DNA of 64,000 nucleotides from Malacoraja senta (taxonomy: Eukaryota). Of this stretch, positions 1-12,693 are shown one piece after another. The stretch covers positions 124,001-188,000 of the forward strand of contig JAXLNO010000571.1 in assembly GCA_038087875.1 (NCBI GenBank), written 5' to 3'. The notes below the pieces were generated by a model. It had not been told where the DNA came from and made no database searches. It saw only the letters and a program-made list of their open reading frames with translations. The number at the start of each line of letters is the position of its first letter. The stretch's first letter is position 1. A program made the position numbers and the translations under genes.

Positions 1-150
1 GATAGAGCTCTTAAAGATAGTGGAGTCGGGGGATATGGGGAGAAGGCAGGAACGGGGTACTGAATGTGGATGATCAGCCATGGTCACAGTGAATGGCGGT
101 GCTGGCTCAAAGGGCTGAATGGCCTACTCCTGCACCTCTGGTCTATTGTC
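1..150 (+). mobile_element. CR1-type LINE 3' end
   Basis: gatcagccatg...gaatggcggtgctggctc...aatggcctactcctgcacc plus tail; same family at ~11790, ~13500 and ~63905. Confidence 0.8.
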
Positions 151-915
151 ATAGGGAAAATGTTAAAGCAACTATTAAAGATGTTATCACAGTAAAATTC
201 AAGATAATCAAGCAAAGTCCACATGGTTTTGCGAAAGGAAATAGTGTTTGATTAACCTATTGGCGCATGTCATACAGCATGGAAACAGGCCATTTGGCCC
301 AACACCACACAAACCTGTGGAGAACCATCGTATTAATCCCACCTTATATTGGTATATTACGGCATGTGTACTGAGACGCAGCGAAAAGCTTTGTTTGTGT
401 GCTATCCGGTCAATTCTAACAATACACAAATACAATCAAGCCACACACGTACAACAAGCGATACAAAGAGAAAAATACCAGAGTGCAGAATATAGTGGTA
501 CAACATTATAGCTTTTCAGTTGCAGAGAAAATGCAGGTTAAAAAGAACACATGGTCTATGACAAGGTAGGTTGGAAAATATGCGGGACTGTTAATTAATG
601 TAATAACGTGATGGAGAAGCTGCTTTTTGTGGGGAATCAAGAATCAGGTCTCAAAATAAGGGGTTACCCATTTAAGTCTGAGATAAGGCAGAACAATTTC
701 TACTGAGTTGTCACTGGTAAGAACACTGCGCCTCAAAAGCAGAATTTTTGACTATTTAAGGTAGTTACAGTCAGAGATATAGCATAACTCATCCATGGCA
801 CCCAGGTTGGAGTCTTGCGTACCTGTGCCTGACACGTCCTTCCAAAACATTCCTATTCACGCACCTGTTGAAGTGTCTTATAAATGGCACAATTGTACCT
901 GCCTCCAACACTCCC

Positions 916-1118
916 TTTAGACATTAGAGATAGAACGTAGAAACAGGCACTTTGGCCCACCAAGTCCGCATTGCCCCAGCAATCACCTCTCCCACTATTA
1001 CTACCATAAACACCAGGGAAAATTTACAATTTTACTGAAGCCAATTAAACTAAAAATCTGTACCACAAAACCCGTATCTTTGGAGTGTGGGAGGAAATGA
1101 GAGCACCCTGAGAAAATG
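916..1118 (-). mobile_element. tRNA-derived SINE, 3' part
   Basis: Reverse complement resembles the full SINE at 61854-62156. Confidence 0.7.
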
Positions 1119-1269
1119 TATTGGGGCAATGTATTGATCAATTGTTAATGGACAGAATGCAGCAGGAACAAACAGGCCATAAAAACAATTCAAGCAGGCT
1201 GCAACACAAGTCCCACAAGGAACTGATCTGTGAACAAGTCCCAGCCATATACAACTGACTAATTACTTA

Positions 1270-1475
1270 AAGGCACACACAGAATGCTGGAGTAACTCAG
1301 TGGGACAGGCAGCATCTCTGGAGAGAAGGAATGGGTGATGTTTCGGGCCGAGACTAAAGTCCGAAGGGTCTCGACCCAAAACGTCACCCATTCCTTCTCT
1401 CCAGATGCTGCTTGTACTCCAGCATTTTGTGTATATCTTCGATTTAAACCAGCATCTGCAGTTCTTTCCTACACA
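1270..1475. mobile_element. Head-to-head Penelope terminal-repeat palindrome with 14-bp TSD
   Basis: Inverted arms gctggagtaactcag...gtttcggg / ...acgtcacccattccttctctccag...ctccagc; TSD tgactaattactta at 1256-1269 and 1476-1489. Confidence 0.85.
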
Positions 1476-1799
1476 TGACTAATTACTTACTTCAGAGGAA
1501 TGGTGCCAACTTTGCGAATGCCACAAAGCTATAGAGTGGTGAAGCAGACAAGTCACTGTAGGACTGAACCGCATTCCACTAGGATAATCTACAACCCAAC
1601 AGTATTTATACTGAATTCTTCAAATTCAAGTGATACCCTCCCTCCCCAACCCTGGTGCACCTACATTTATCCCATCATCTCCCATCACACTAGCCACCCT
1701 GGTCCTTTATACTCTGATCTTCCATCCCATATTTCATTTTTCCCAACCCCCCCCCCCCATCCTTTTAGCTTTACATTTCACTCATGTGACACCTTGTTT

Positions 1800-2030
1800 C
1801 CTTTTCACACCTTGCCTTTCGCATATACTCCACTTATCGGCCAATCATTGACTCCACTTACCTGCATCCATCCATCACTTGACAAGCTTTGCCCAACCCC
1901 CATCTTTCTTTAACCAGTTTCCTCCCCCTACTCCAGTCTGAAGAAGGGTCCCGACCCAAAACGTCTTCAGTCCATTCCCTTCGCAAGTTCAGGCTGACCA
2001 GCTGAGTTCCTCCAGCACTGTTTTATTTGC
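1800..2030 (+). mobile_element. Penelope-like terminal repeat with mutated hammerhead core (1938-1965)
   Basis: cagtctgaagaagggtcccgacccaaaacgtc...gctgagttcctccagcact. Confidence 0.7.
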
Positions 2031-2039
2031 TCACGCCAT

Positions 2040-2708
2040 AACCAGATCTGAACTTCCCTCCCATACCACCCCCTCCCCTGGTACTTTCCCTTGCAACCGC
2101 AAGAGATGCAACACTTGTCCCTTCACCTCCCCCCTCTACTCAATTCAAGGACCCAAGCAGTCGTTCCAGGTGCGACAGAGGTTCACCTGCATCTCCTCCA
2201 ACCTCATCTATTGCATTCGCTGCTCTAGATGCCAGCTGATCTACATCGGTGAGACCAAGCGGAGGCTTGGCGATCGTTTCGCCGAACACCTCCGGTCGGT
2301 CCGCAATAACCAACCTGAACTCCCGGTGGCTCAGCACTTCAACTCCCCCTCCCATTCCGTATCTGACCTCTCTTTCCTGGGTCTCCTCCATGGCCACAGC
2401 GAGCAACACTGTAAATTGGAGGAAATGCACCTCATATTCCGCTTGGGCAATCTACATCCTGGGGGCTTGAACATTGAATTCTCCCAATTCTGCTAGCCCT
2501 TGCTGTCCCCTCCACTTCATCAGCCATCTGGTTGTCTCCTCCCCTCCCCCAGCCCTCGGGCTCCTCCTCCGCCTTTTTCCTTTTTCCCTTTCTTCTCCCC
2601 ACCCCCTATCAGTCTGAAGAAGGGTTTCGGCCCGAAACGTTACCTATTTCCTTCGCTCCATAGATGCCGCTGCACCCGCTGAGTTTCTCCAGCATTTTTG
2701 TGTACCCT
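2040..2708 (+). mobile_element. Penelope-like element 3' fragment (GIY-YIG endonuclease plus terminal repeat)
   Basis: ORF 2170-2496 FTCISSNLIYCIRCSRCQLIYIGETKRRLGDRFAEH...GLN has the PLE GIY-YIG motif. Confidence 0.9.
2614..2641 (+). ncRNA. Minimal type I hammerhead ribozyme core (Penelope-type)
   Basis: CTGAAGA-A-GGGT(TTCG)GCCC-GAAA-CG-TT; core intact, palindromic ACGT stem III. Confidence 0.7.
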
Positions 2709-5700
2709 GGACTAGATATTAGATTGGTTAGCAAAATCTTACATACCATAAGTGTAGAGTTCTCTGAAAAGACTGGACTAAAAAAATTTACGTGTTCTTG
2801 TACACAAATGAAAGTCTAAAAATGCAACTTAAAATACATGGGGAATTGAAAAGAAGCACCAGTAACTCTGCAGCAATTCTAAAGGACCGAATTAACTCCT
2901 GCTAGTGATATGGACACTCAAAATAACACCTGGGATTCTGCAGGAGCGAGATAGAGACTTCAAAATATTTATAAATCTTACAAATCGCTGGTCCGAACTG
3001 ACCACCCATCTATCCTGTCACTGGAGCCATTGCAGGCTCCCCTGCCAAGGGGAAGATCTTCCATTTGGGTTAGTTAGGAGTGACCCGGCGTGCTTTGTAA
3101 CTTTGTCAGTGCCGTAGGTGGCCGCTATTTGTATACATTGTGTATGCAAGCAAATAATCTCAATGTGCTTAGTCACATGTGACAATAAAGTATTCCTAAC
3201 TAGATATTTCTTTACTCAAAATCTTTTGAATTCTAATTTAAGGGCTTGGATTCCCAATCATCAAACATGTTCAAGACAAAGGTAAAAATGGCGGATTATT
3301 TATTCCAAGGGAGTGGATATGGCTCAGCTTGGAAGGGAGATGGTTAATTGGCCTTGATCATATGATACAAAGCTTGAGGACATGACCAATTTCTGCACCT
3401 TTCGACATTAACAATCACCGCTGTTACACTTGCAATATTCCCAGGTATTAAAACAAAGTGAATAAATTAATTTACATTAATACCCAAATTTAAAAATGCT
3501 CACCTAGATACCAGGTCCTACTTTCAATTGCAACGCTGACATTTCTGTCCATCCAAATTTAATACAGCATTTTAAGGGACAAACTATTTTTTACTGCTGC
3601 ATCTATATGAACTAAATGCTTCATATGCACATCAGTTGAACTTTTGGGATAGGTACAGGAGATCAAACTGATTTGTTAGCAGAAAGGACGAATTGGTGGT
3701 GCTCAGAGATGAAGCAGCAACTGTGAAAATGGTAAGGGACCCAACAGCACCGTTTGACGTGCGATTACTACATCTTTGAAATCTTGACATTGCTTATTTC
3801 CAGACTGACTACATGGTCCATAGGAAACTGAATTCTAGAATCACAACACTTTCACAAGTTCATAACATGATCTAGCATCACTTTTGACAGATGGCATACT
3901 CAAAAATTAGATGCAGGTAATTGAATCGAACAGCGACCACTTCAAGCATAGCTATCATATTTATCTCTCCATCAATTACTGCAAGCAATGTAATTGATAA
4001 AAACCTAAATAAGTTCACAATATTATATATTGTATGCAGCCAAGTTATGATGCACAGTATTTTTGATAGTAGGCAGATTAATGACTTTACCCCGTTTGAT
4101 TTCTCTTGGGAGTGAGACAACCTTCATTTTTCTCTTTCAAATGCAACTGATATGAGGACAAACTTTGAACCTGTCTTTTATGGCATACCGAGCACCAGTA
4201 AATAAGAGCCAAATAATTATTTTCAAAACAGTTGCTAACGTGTCTTCAACACTGCCTTCATTGCTCCACTTATCCCAAAATATTTCAGTGAACTAATTTC
4301 ACATTGCAGATGTGAAAAACAGAATATCTTACACAGAGCCGTTTCAGGAAACAATTAGAGCCAGCTAAATTGTACACATTAAATCCTAAAGCTTCCTATG
4401 AATGAACATATTTAAATTAAATAAAAACTCAAATCTAATCAAGAGATTAAACCAACTATTGGCTATACACAAAGATATTTTACAATATCATGGAGTTCAC
4501 AAAATAGAGAATTGTTTTGTATGCTTTCCTTCCCACTCACTGCATGTGCATTTAGAAACCAGTTTTGCATTACCGCAATTTTAAAAAGTCAATGGGAAAT
4601 TGCATAAATTCTTTGTTCAACAAAAAAAAGAAACAAATCTGATGTAGTATATCAGAATTGCAGAAATAGGTTCCCAAAACTATGAAAACATTCCAGTGAT
4701 TGAATGACTTTCTCTCGAAAGATAGTGTATAGGAAACACCAGGAGTTTAAACAAATGTTAATTTTTATCCAATTTGGATGAGGTTTTATGTTCAGTGTAG
4801 CTTCTATAACCCTTTTATTACAAGAGATAAAATATGAATAGTATTAAATTGCAAATATAAGTGGTGGGAAAAATGATCTAATTGTCAAATGCAATGGACT
4901 ATTTAAATGTTCAAAATGGACATTTTTAGATCCATTAATTAACACAAGATATTCTGTTCAGTCAACTAGACATTTAAACAGTATACATTACCAAAGTGGA
5001 CATGATGGCATTTGGTGCTTATTCATACTTTTAAACAGCAAATCATTACTCCTTTTGATATAGGAAGCAATAATCTGCTTGGGTTTGCAATATGCCATTT
5101 CGGGCTTTTAATATTTGTAAACTAGCAAGAAACAAAAAGGTAGCTCAAACAAGCAAACTATGGGATGAAGCAACAAATCAGTGGCTGAAGTACTCAGCAT
5201 GTTTCAATTGTTCTGCAAGCACAAAACATTTCACAAAATGATGAAAACTGTAACAAATAGACTGAATGGGTCATGTATTAGCAGCCTATTTGAATTATTT
5301 ACAAGTAGTAATGCTGAAATAGAGAAAGTATGAGGTAGTATTTTAACTTCCAAAGTATTCATCCAAACTTTCTCTTAATCCTCCTCTTAATCCACGGGCA
5401 AATGACAACCTGTGCTAACGTGCAAGTAGAATCCAGAAAAGGCTATTTCTGCAGCTATCGTTCAAGAGCAGTTTCTGCAGTGGAATCAATCTTACTTCAC
5501 AAAATGATTTTGGATGGTTGCCAAATGACTCAGCCACAAGGCAAGGTCTTTCCTGGTTGTAAACCAGAAGTTGTGCCATTCACTGAGTGCATTAATGCAA
5601 CTGTACAAGTGAAATATTTGCTCAGATAGCAAGCATACCAAATTTTTTTGGGGGGGGGGGGGGGGGAGAGGAAGGGAGAGAAACGGAAAGTTATGCTCAA

Positions 5701-6072
5701 ATGACTTCAAATTGTGTTCTCGCCATCTTTATGATTCCCTTGTACAGCATTGTATTTTGGAAACGGAAATTCAAACTAATTTTTGAGCGTCCTACTAAAG
5801 TGCCCAGGAGTTAGAGGCAGACAGAGAGTGAAGGCCAGCAAAGTAGTTATTAAACCAGACCACTTTAATTTTGGTTATTTATTAATGGATATAATTAACT
5901 TCTTTCCCAAATTCGACCAACTTCTCCCAGTGAGATCCCTAAAAAAAAAATTTATTCTCCACGCTAATGAAGGATAGAATTTTTAAACATTTGATTTTTT
6001 TAAAAACATAAAATGAGGGCCACTGAAGGCAATAGTCCTCCAAGCATTACAACCACATCAAATATTTGCACC

Positions 6073-6078
6073 TTTATT
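6073..6078 (-). terminator. Second candidate poly(A) signal AATAAA
   Basis: Minus strand AATAAA followed by tgatgtggttgt. Confidence 0.45.
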
Positions 6079-7038
6079 TACTCAAACTCTATCACAATTT
6101 TTTTTTTTCTTTTAAAAGATACTTTGGCACTAGCCCTGAATTAGAAAAGTTTGGTTGCTGAATACAAAATAATTATACAAAAACTGAGTCAAACATTTTA
6201 TTTATTTATGTTCAGGTAAAAACATTAACCTGATGAAGTAGTTATTGCAGATTTCAGAAACCAGCACATGAACAGTTGGACAGAGCATTGTTTACAGGGT
6301 GCACTATCCTTATCAAACCAAGAGAGCTCAACTATTACTTTTGTTCAAAGCTAGCAGTGCAAAAACAATTAAGTGAACTACAACAAGGTAAATTAAACAA
6401 GATAAAGCAACTGTCCAACTATAACAGCAAGTGGAACTTTTCTTTTAAAGTTTACACCCTTAAATAACAGACTAACCAGCTTGACATTGGTTTAAACTAC
6501 CGAATTTAAGGGGGTTAAAAAGAAAAAGTTTCCTCAGTATTGTTGAGAATTGTTGCCTGAAATCATTCTGTAAACAATTCTAGTGTGTGATTAAAGGCTT
6601 CTGCCAACAGTCCTATTGTTTCACAATAAAACTATGGGCAAGTACTAGAATCTGAATATTGTAAAGAGGAATAAATTTTAGACTATGATACAATTGAGGG
6701 CGATGTCGGTTAAGTAAAGCTTAAATCTTCAAGCTCCCACCTTAACCTATGGTTGCATCGTGGGGTTAGGAAACATCACACACAAAAGCAGAACCCTATG
6801 TTACATCACACAAGTGCAGATGAGTTAAACAGAAAAAGACAAACCAGATGAAGGAGAGGGTGAAGATTGACAAGAAAAATGCAAATGACACTAACCAGAG
6901 GTTAAATTATTTTATGCAAGGTATAAGCGAGTCATTTCTGTATGTTTGTACATATTAATCTTTGGAAACAAAAAAAAATCACCAGAAATGTAAGCTCCAG
7001 ATGGATATACACACCAATATCAAACTGCACAGTGACAT

Positions 7039-7044
7039 TTTATT
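7039..7044 (-). terminator. Proximal poly(A) signal AATAAA
   Basis: Minus strand AATAAA followed by a GU-rich tract (ttggtgtgt) about 25 nt downstream. Confidence 0.6.
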
Positions 7045-7396
7045 GTTCCGTCATCCTGGAAGATAAACATCCCTTTCTTTTGAATTTGAATACCACACAG
7101 CAAAAAAGCGATTTAAAAACTGCACCCAAATAATAGTTAAATTAACAAGAATTTCTTTAAGAATTTATTTGTTTAAATCTTGCATTAACTTTGGGGTCTT
7201 TTTCAATTTCAGTCCGTAGGGGCTATTTTAATAAATATACCATCCATGTCTTTTTGTTGAAGAATTGTAGCATACCAAGCCATTTCTACAACAGGTACGC
7301 TGTACACATTGCCTTGATGCAGTGATATACTTAGAAAATAAATCATGATTTTTGTCATTTGTTGTAACAGGCAGCTTGAAGATTCAGATGCTGTGA

Positions 7397-7615
<219 letters not shown>

Positions 7616-8627
7616 TTAAGTTTCAACAGAGCAAACTCAAATCTACCGTGAATCTGCCAGAATGGTAAATTTAAGGTTTAAGCTATGCTCCAAAATAAAA
7701 CATGGATATAGACTTAATTGTTTTTCGCACACAAATACATCCAAGTGGCATTAAATCTTTATACTAAGTACAACCTTTTAGGATTATTAATGTCATGTGT
7801 ACCAAGTTACAGTGGAAAGCTTTGTTTTACATGCTTCCAATTAAATCAGAAAATACTGTACATAACAAGCCAAACTAGAGTACAATAGGTGGAAGGGTAC
7901 TTTCCAATGGGTGATTTGCTCTTTCCCATTCCAGATAATTTGGCCAAATCAAAAAGAGGAAAAAAAAGAATAATAAAGTCTGAGGATGGATCAGGCTGTA
8001 TCGATCAGGAATGAGAGGGTGAGGAATAGAATCTTTACACATGCAGCATGCCTCTGCTGCCAAAAGATAAAATGTTGCTTAGTATTGAGCACTTTGCTCG
8101 TCAGAAATGGTCCAGTTTCACTCCAAAGTCTTGCACATAGTACAGTACTGGGTGTTTTCAGCAGCAAGTGCCATTTCGCAAATGGAATAGTAATCCAAAG
8201 CTGTGTTTGTTAACTAAAGGAGTTTATCGATTCAGGAGGCATTAGAAGAATGGGAATTTTAAAATTAAGCCAAAGCAGGAAAGGGTGTTGATGCAAGGGT
8301 GCAGGCAAAGTTTTGGATGAGCTCATGTCTATAGTTTGTGAGCAAGGTCAGTATTGTGTGCTTTGCTTGAATCAAGTCTAGAAATGACAAATGCACAGAT
8401 ACAGCGTACAAGATTGTGACATCATGGAGGCAGAGATAGACACAGTGATGGGGCCCCAAGGTTCACATCAATATCAAAGAAATATGTCGGACCTCTGTAT
8501 TGACCACGGAAACTGCAGTAAAGAATTACAGAGAGGACCTTCATTTTCTGAAGGCATTGGGAAATTTGCTCCAAGCAATAGACTAGGCGAGAATTTTATT
8601 TACAAAGTTTACAACTATTACACCTCA

Positions 8628-8810
<183 letters not shown>

Positions 8811-9160
8811 TTAAATTGAAGTAGACTTTTCACTATGCCCTCTCCAGAAATAACTAGAGACAAGATAAGAATGAGTTGTTCAGTACAATCACGCAGCACT
8901 GCAATTTATAGTTTCAGCACTGTTAAACCCAATCAATCCATGAATCAATTCTTAAGAAAAAGCTTTAAGAGTTACAAACTTCAGTTATTTTTATATACCA
9001 TGGCATCTATTGCAAATGGTGACTGGGAAGAATAAATCAGTTGTAGTTCTTTGAATATCAAGGCTTTTGTTACAGTTCATAACAAGATAGAAGCCAGCAG
9101 GCTTCATCTGCAAATTTAAACATCAAACGTTTCACGCCATTTTTAGGAATAACCTTGATG

Positions 9161-10152
9161 TAGGTATGTTACAATACTTACCCTCAGTGGCGCTGTAATT
9201 CTGCCACTGGCCGTGTGCGCGATTTTGGCGCCTTTGAGGGGGGGGGGGGGCGGGGTTAAAACACGGGTTTCTCCTACCTTGTCCTGTATTATATTTCGTT
9301 GGAGAACAAGCTTTTGTGGAAGAATCGTTCCGAGGGGCGTTTTGAGTTTTTTAAATATTTTTTATCTCCCAACAATTTCAGCGCTGCAGTCATTTTAAAA
9401 TCAGCTTCTGAAGCCGTCAACGCCAACAACGGGGACGGATTTCACACACGGGAAAGGTAAACGAAAGTGGTTTATTTTAATATATAAACGTTCTCCCTAA
9501 GAAGCCTTTAATTTTTGCCGATACGGGGTTAAATTCACCGCAAATCAACGTTCCAAATGATCGCGTTCCAGAAATCCTCACTCGCAAAATGATTTAAATG
9601 TCCATTAATTTACAGGTATTAAACATTCAATTCCTTCCATTTGGCCTGTAAATCCATGACAATGAGATTTAAAAATTTTGTTATATTGTGAATTCTTGTG
9701 TGAATGTTATTTGGACACTTAGGCTATTTAAAAATGTTAATCTATTCTTAAGAAATTGATAGATGTTTAGATCTAGTAATTGAATTTTGTAATTAGCTAC
9801 AATTAGGTAACTGACTAATTATATGCTTTAATTTCATGTCATCTAAATAAGATTGGTTCATTTGTTTCAGAATGCTTCAATCTATAATAACTGAAAATTT
9901 CTGTCAGTTCTCTTAATTTTTAAGAAAGTTATGGGCTTTTGACTGTCCTCGATCACAGCTTTTGTGTTAGGTCAATGGAAAAGCAATAGGGAACAAGATG
10001 CTAATTTCCGACTATGAAAATGGCCATAGCTTTTTTAATACTGAAGATATGAAAGTGAATTAGGTGTCAAATTCAACTTCTTTTTATGCTTTATCTGATG
10101 GGATAAATTGCAGACTTTATTTTTAAAATCTCAAAATTTTGGAACATTGCTA
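9161..10152. mobile_element. ~1 kb non-autonomous DNA transposon (TAG...CTA termini)
   Basis: Imperfect TIR taggtatgttacaa vs ttggaacattgcta; direct repeat cttgatg at 9154-9160 and 10153-10159. Confidence 0.7.
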
Positions 10153-10689
10153 CTTGATGCTGCATGCAAAATAAAGACCAATTAGCTTAAACACAGGGTA
10201 TCAAGAAAATTAACAGGACACTTCTATCAATGATATACCCCCAAAAAGTCAAGTAATTGGAATCAGTGTAGCATTGGTTCAAAGGGAGAGTCATGAGCAA
10301 CTTTACCGAATTCCTTTGCTGTAGTAACAGATTAGGTAGAAAGTGGTGATGCCATGGGTATATTTGGCTTTCCAAATTGTCCTTGGATGGGACAGTTACT
10401 AATCCAAGTAGTTGGCTTATGACTCAAGATATGAAGTTGGAGGTTAAATAACAGAATGAATTTCAATTTGGCTACAAAAATCGAGTTATACAGCATGGAA
10501 ATAGGCCTGACATCACACTGTCAGCATTGACCTTCAAAAACCCAATTACAAACATCTTCAAACATCTCAGAGGCAATATACAATGGCCAATTTATCTATC
10601 AAATTGCTTGTCTTTGGGATATGGCATGGATCTAGAGCAAATGCATAAAACCCACAGTCAAAGGAAGAACTTGAGACCCACTAAAGTCA

Positions 10690-12095
10690 GGAGTGGTTCC
10701 AGACGATTGGAAAATTGCAAATATTACTCTGCTGTTCAAGAAGAAAGTGAGGCAGAAGAGTGGAAACTATAGGCCAGTTAGCTGGACTTCGGTGGTTGGT
10801 AAGACTATTGAGTCTATTATAAAGAGGTTTCTGCCTACTTAGAAGAGCACAATAATAGGCTGAAGTCAGCCTAGTTTTGTGAAAGGGAGATAGTCAGTGA
10901 TAGTGTGGAAACAGGCCCTTCGGCCCAACTTGCCCACACTGGCCAACATGCCCCAGCTACACTAGTCGCACCTGCCTGCGCCTGGTCCATATCCCTCCAA
11001 ACCTGTCCTATCCATGTACCTGTCCAACTGCTTCTTAAATGATGAGATAGTCCCAACCTCAACTACCTCCTCTGGCAACTTGCGCCATATACCCACCACT
11101 CTCTGTGAAAAAGATCTTGCCTAACGGACCTGTTGGAATTCTTTGAGAAAGTAAATAGCAGGATAGACAAAAGAGAGTCAATGGATGTGGTTTACCTAGA
11201 TTTTTAGAAGGCATTTGATAAGGTGCCAGACGTGAAGTTGCTAAAGATGATGGGAGCCCAAGGTATCAGAGGGAAGATTCTAGCACGGATAGCAGGTTGG
11301 CTGGATGGCAGAAGGCAAAGAGTGGCAATAAAGGGGGGTTATTTCTGTTGGCTACTGTTGACCAGCGGTATTCCACAGGGTTCCGTGCTAGGGCCACTAC
11401 TCTTCACGGTATATATCAATGATTTGGATGAGGGAATTGAAGGCTTTATGGCTAATTTTGCTGATGATACAAAGTTAGGTGGAGAGGCAGGTAGTGTAGA
11501 GAAAGCAGGGAGTCTGCAGAAGGACTTGGACAAGAGGGGAGAGTGGGCTGAGAAGTGGCAGATGGAATACAAAGTAGCAAAGTGTGCCGTCATGAATTTT
11601 GGTAGTAGGAATAAAGGCGTAGACTATTTTCTAAAAGGGGAGATAATTCAGAAATCAGAGGTACAAAGGGATTGGTGCAGGATTCCCAAAAAGTTAATTT
11701 GCAAGTCAAATTGGTAGTAAGGAAGGAGAATGCAATGTTAGTATTTATTTCAAGAGGGCTAGAATACAAAAACAAGGATGTAATACTGAGACAATAGGTG
11801 CAGGAGTAAGCAATTCGAACCAGAACCGCCATTCACTGTGATCGTGGCTGATATCCACAATCAGTACCCCGTTCCTGCCTTCTCTCCATATCCCTTGACT
11901 CCGCTATCTTTAAGAGCTCTATCTAACGAAGGCTTTATAAGGCACTGGTCAGACCACATTTGGAGTATTGTGAGCAGTTTTGAGCCTCATATCCGATGAA
12001 GGATATGCTGGCGATGAAGAGGGTCCAGAGGAGGTTTTCGAGAATGATCCCAGGGGTGATTGGATTAACATATGATGAGCATTTGAAAGCACTGC
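10690..12095 (+). mobile_element. CR1 LINE ORF2 (RT) fragment with two nested antisense CR1 3' ends (~10895-11110, ~11790-11927)
   Basis: ORF 11223-11717 GIPQGSVLGPLLFTVYINDLD...FADDTKLGG; VRPHLEYC motif downstream. Confidence 0.9.
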
Positions 12096-12693
12096 AACTT
12101 GTAAAGATTAGATAAAAATAAGGAAAATAGACAAGCTTCCACATAACAGAAACCATAACTAGCACAAAAATGCAAGATATTTAATAATAAACGCAATGTG
12201 GAATTTAAGAAAGTCTTTTTTAATCCTGAAAATGTGGTTACAATTTGCTGACGTAGAGGTGAAGAGCATTGAATAACGTGTTGCTGTTGTTGTACTAAAG
12301 GGCTGGGAAGCAGCTCCTCTGGATCTTAAAATCTGCCACATACCTGGATTGAATGTTCGTTACTATACTGCAAATACAGTCTAAATCCAAAACTGAAAAT
12401 ACTAGGGATAACAATGTAGTCCCAAATCCTCCCCAATGTGTTTTCTATTAAACATGAATAGGAGGCGACTTAGCAGGGTTCTTCTGAGCATTTTACCATA
12501 GGTTTAAACAAATTCCAGAGCAATGACAAATGCACTCGTTTTCTTGGGCTCCTTGGCTTAAATTCTTTAATGAGGCACTGAATCACTATATTCCCTAATG
12601 GCTCCAGAGATGGTAGTTGAGACTTTAACCAGATCTTCCAGTGCTATAGCAGATGGCAGGGGCAACCGCTGAGAATTTTAGGTGATACGTTAA

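Larger units (their letters stand above)
3400..7396 (-). other. TRIP12: Probable long TRIP12 3'UTR (distal end uncertain)
   Basis: About 4 kb of AT-rich sequence after the stop with no recognisable TE, unlike every large intron; several minus-strand AATAAA. Confidence 0.6.

Noticed and set aside
11223-11717. Functional reverse transcriptase gene
   Set aside because: Truncated, frameshifted CR1 ORF2 interrupted by nested insertions.
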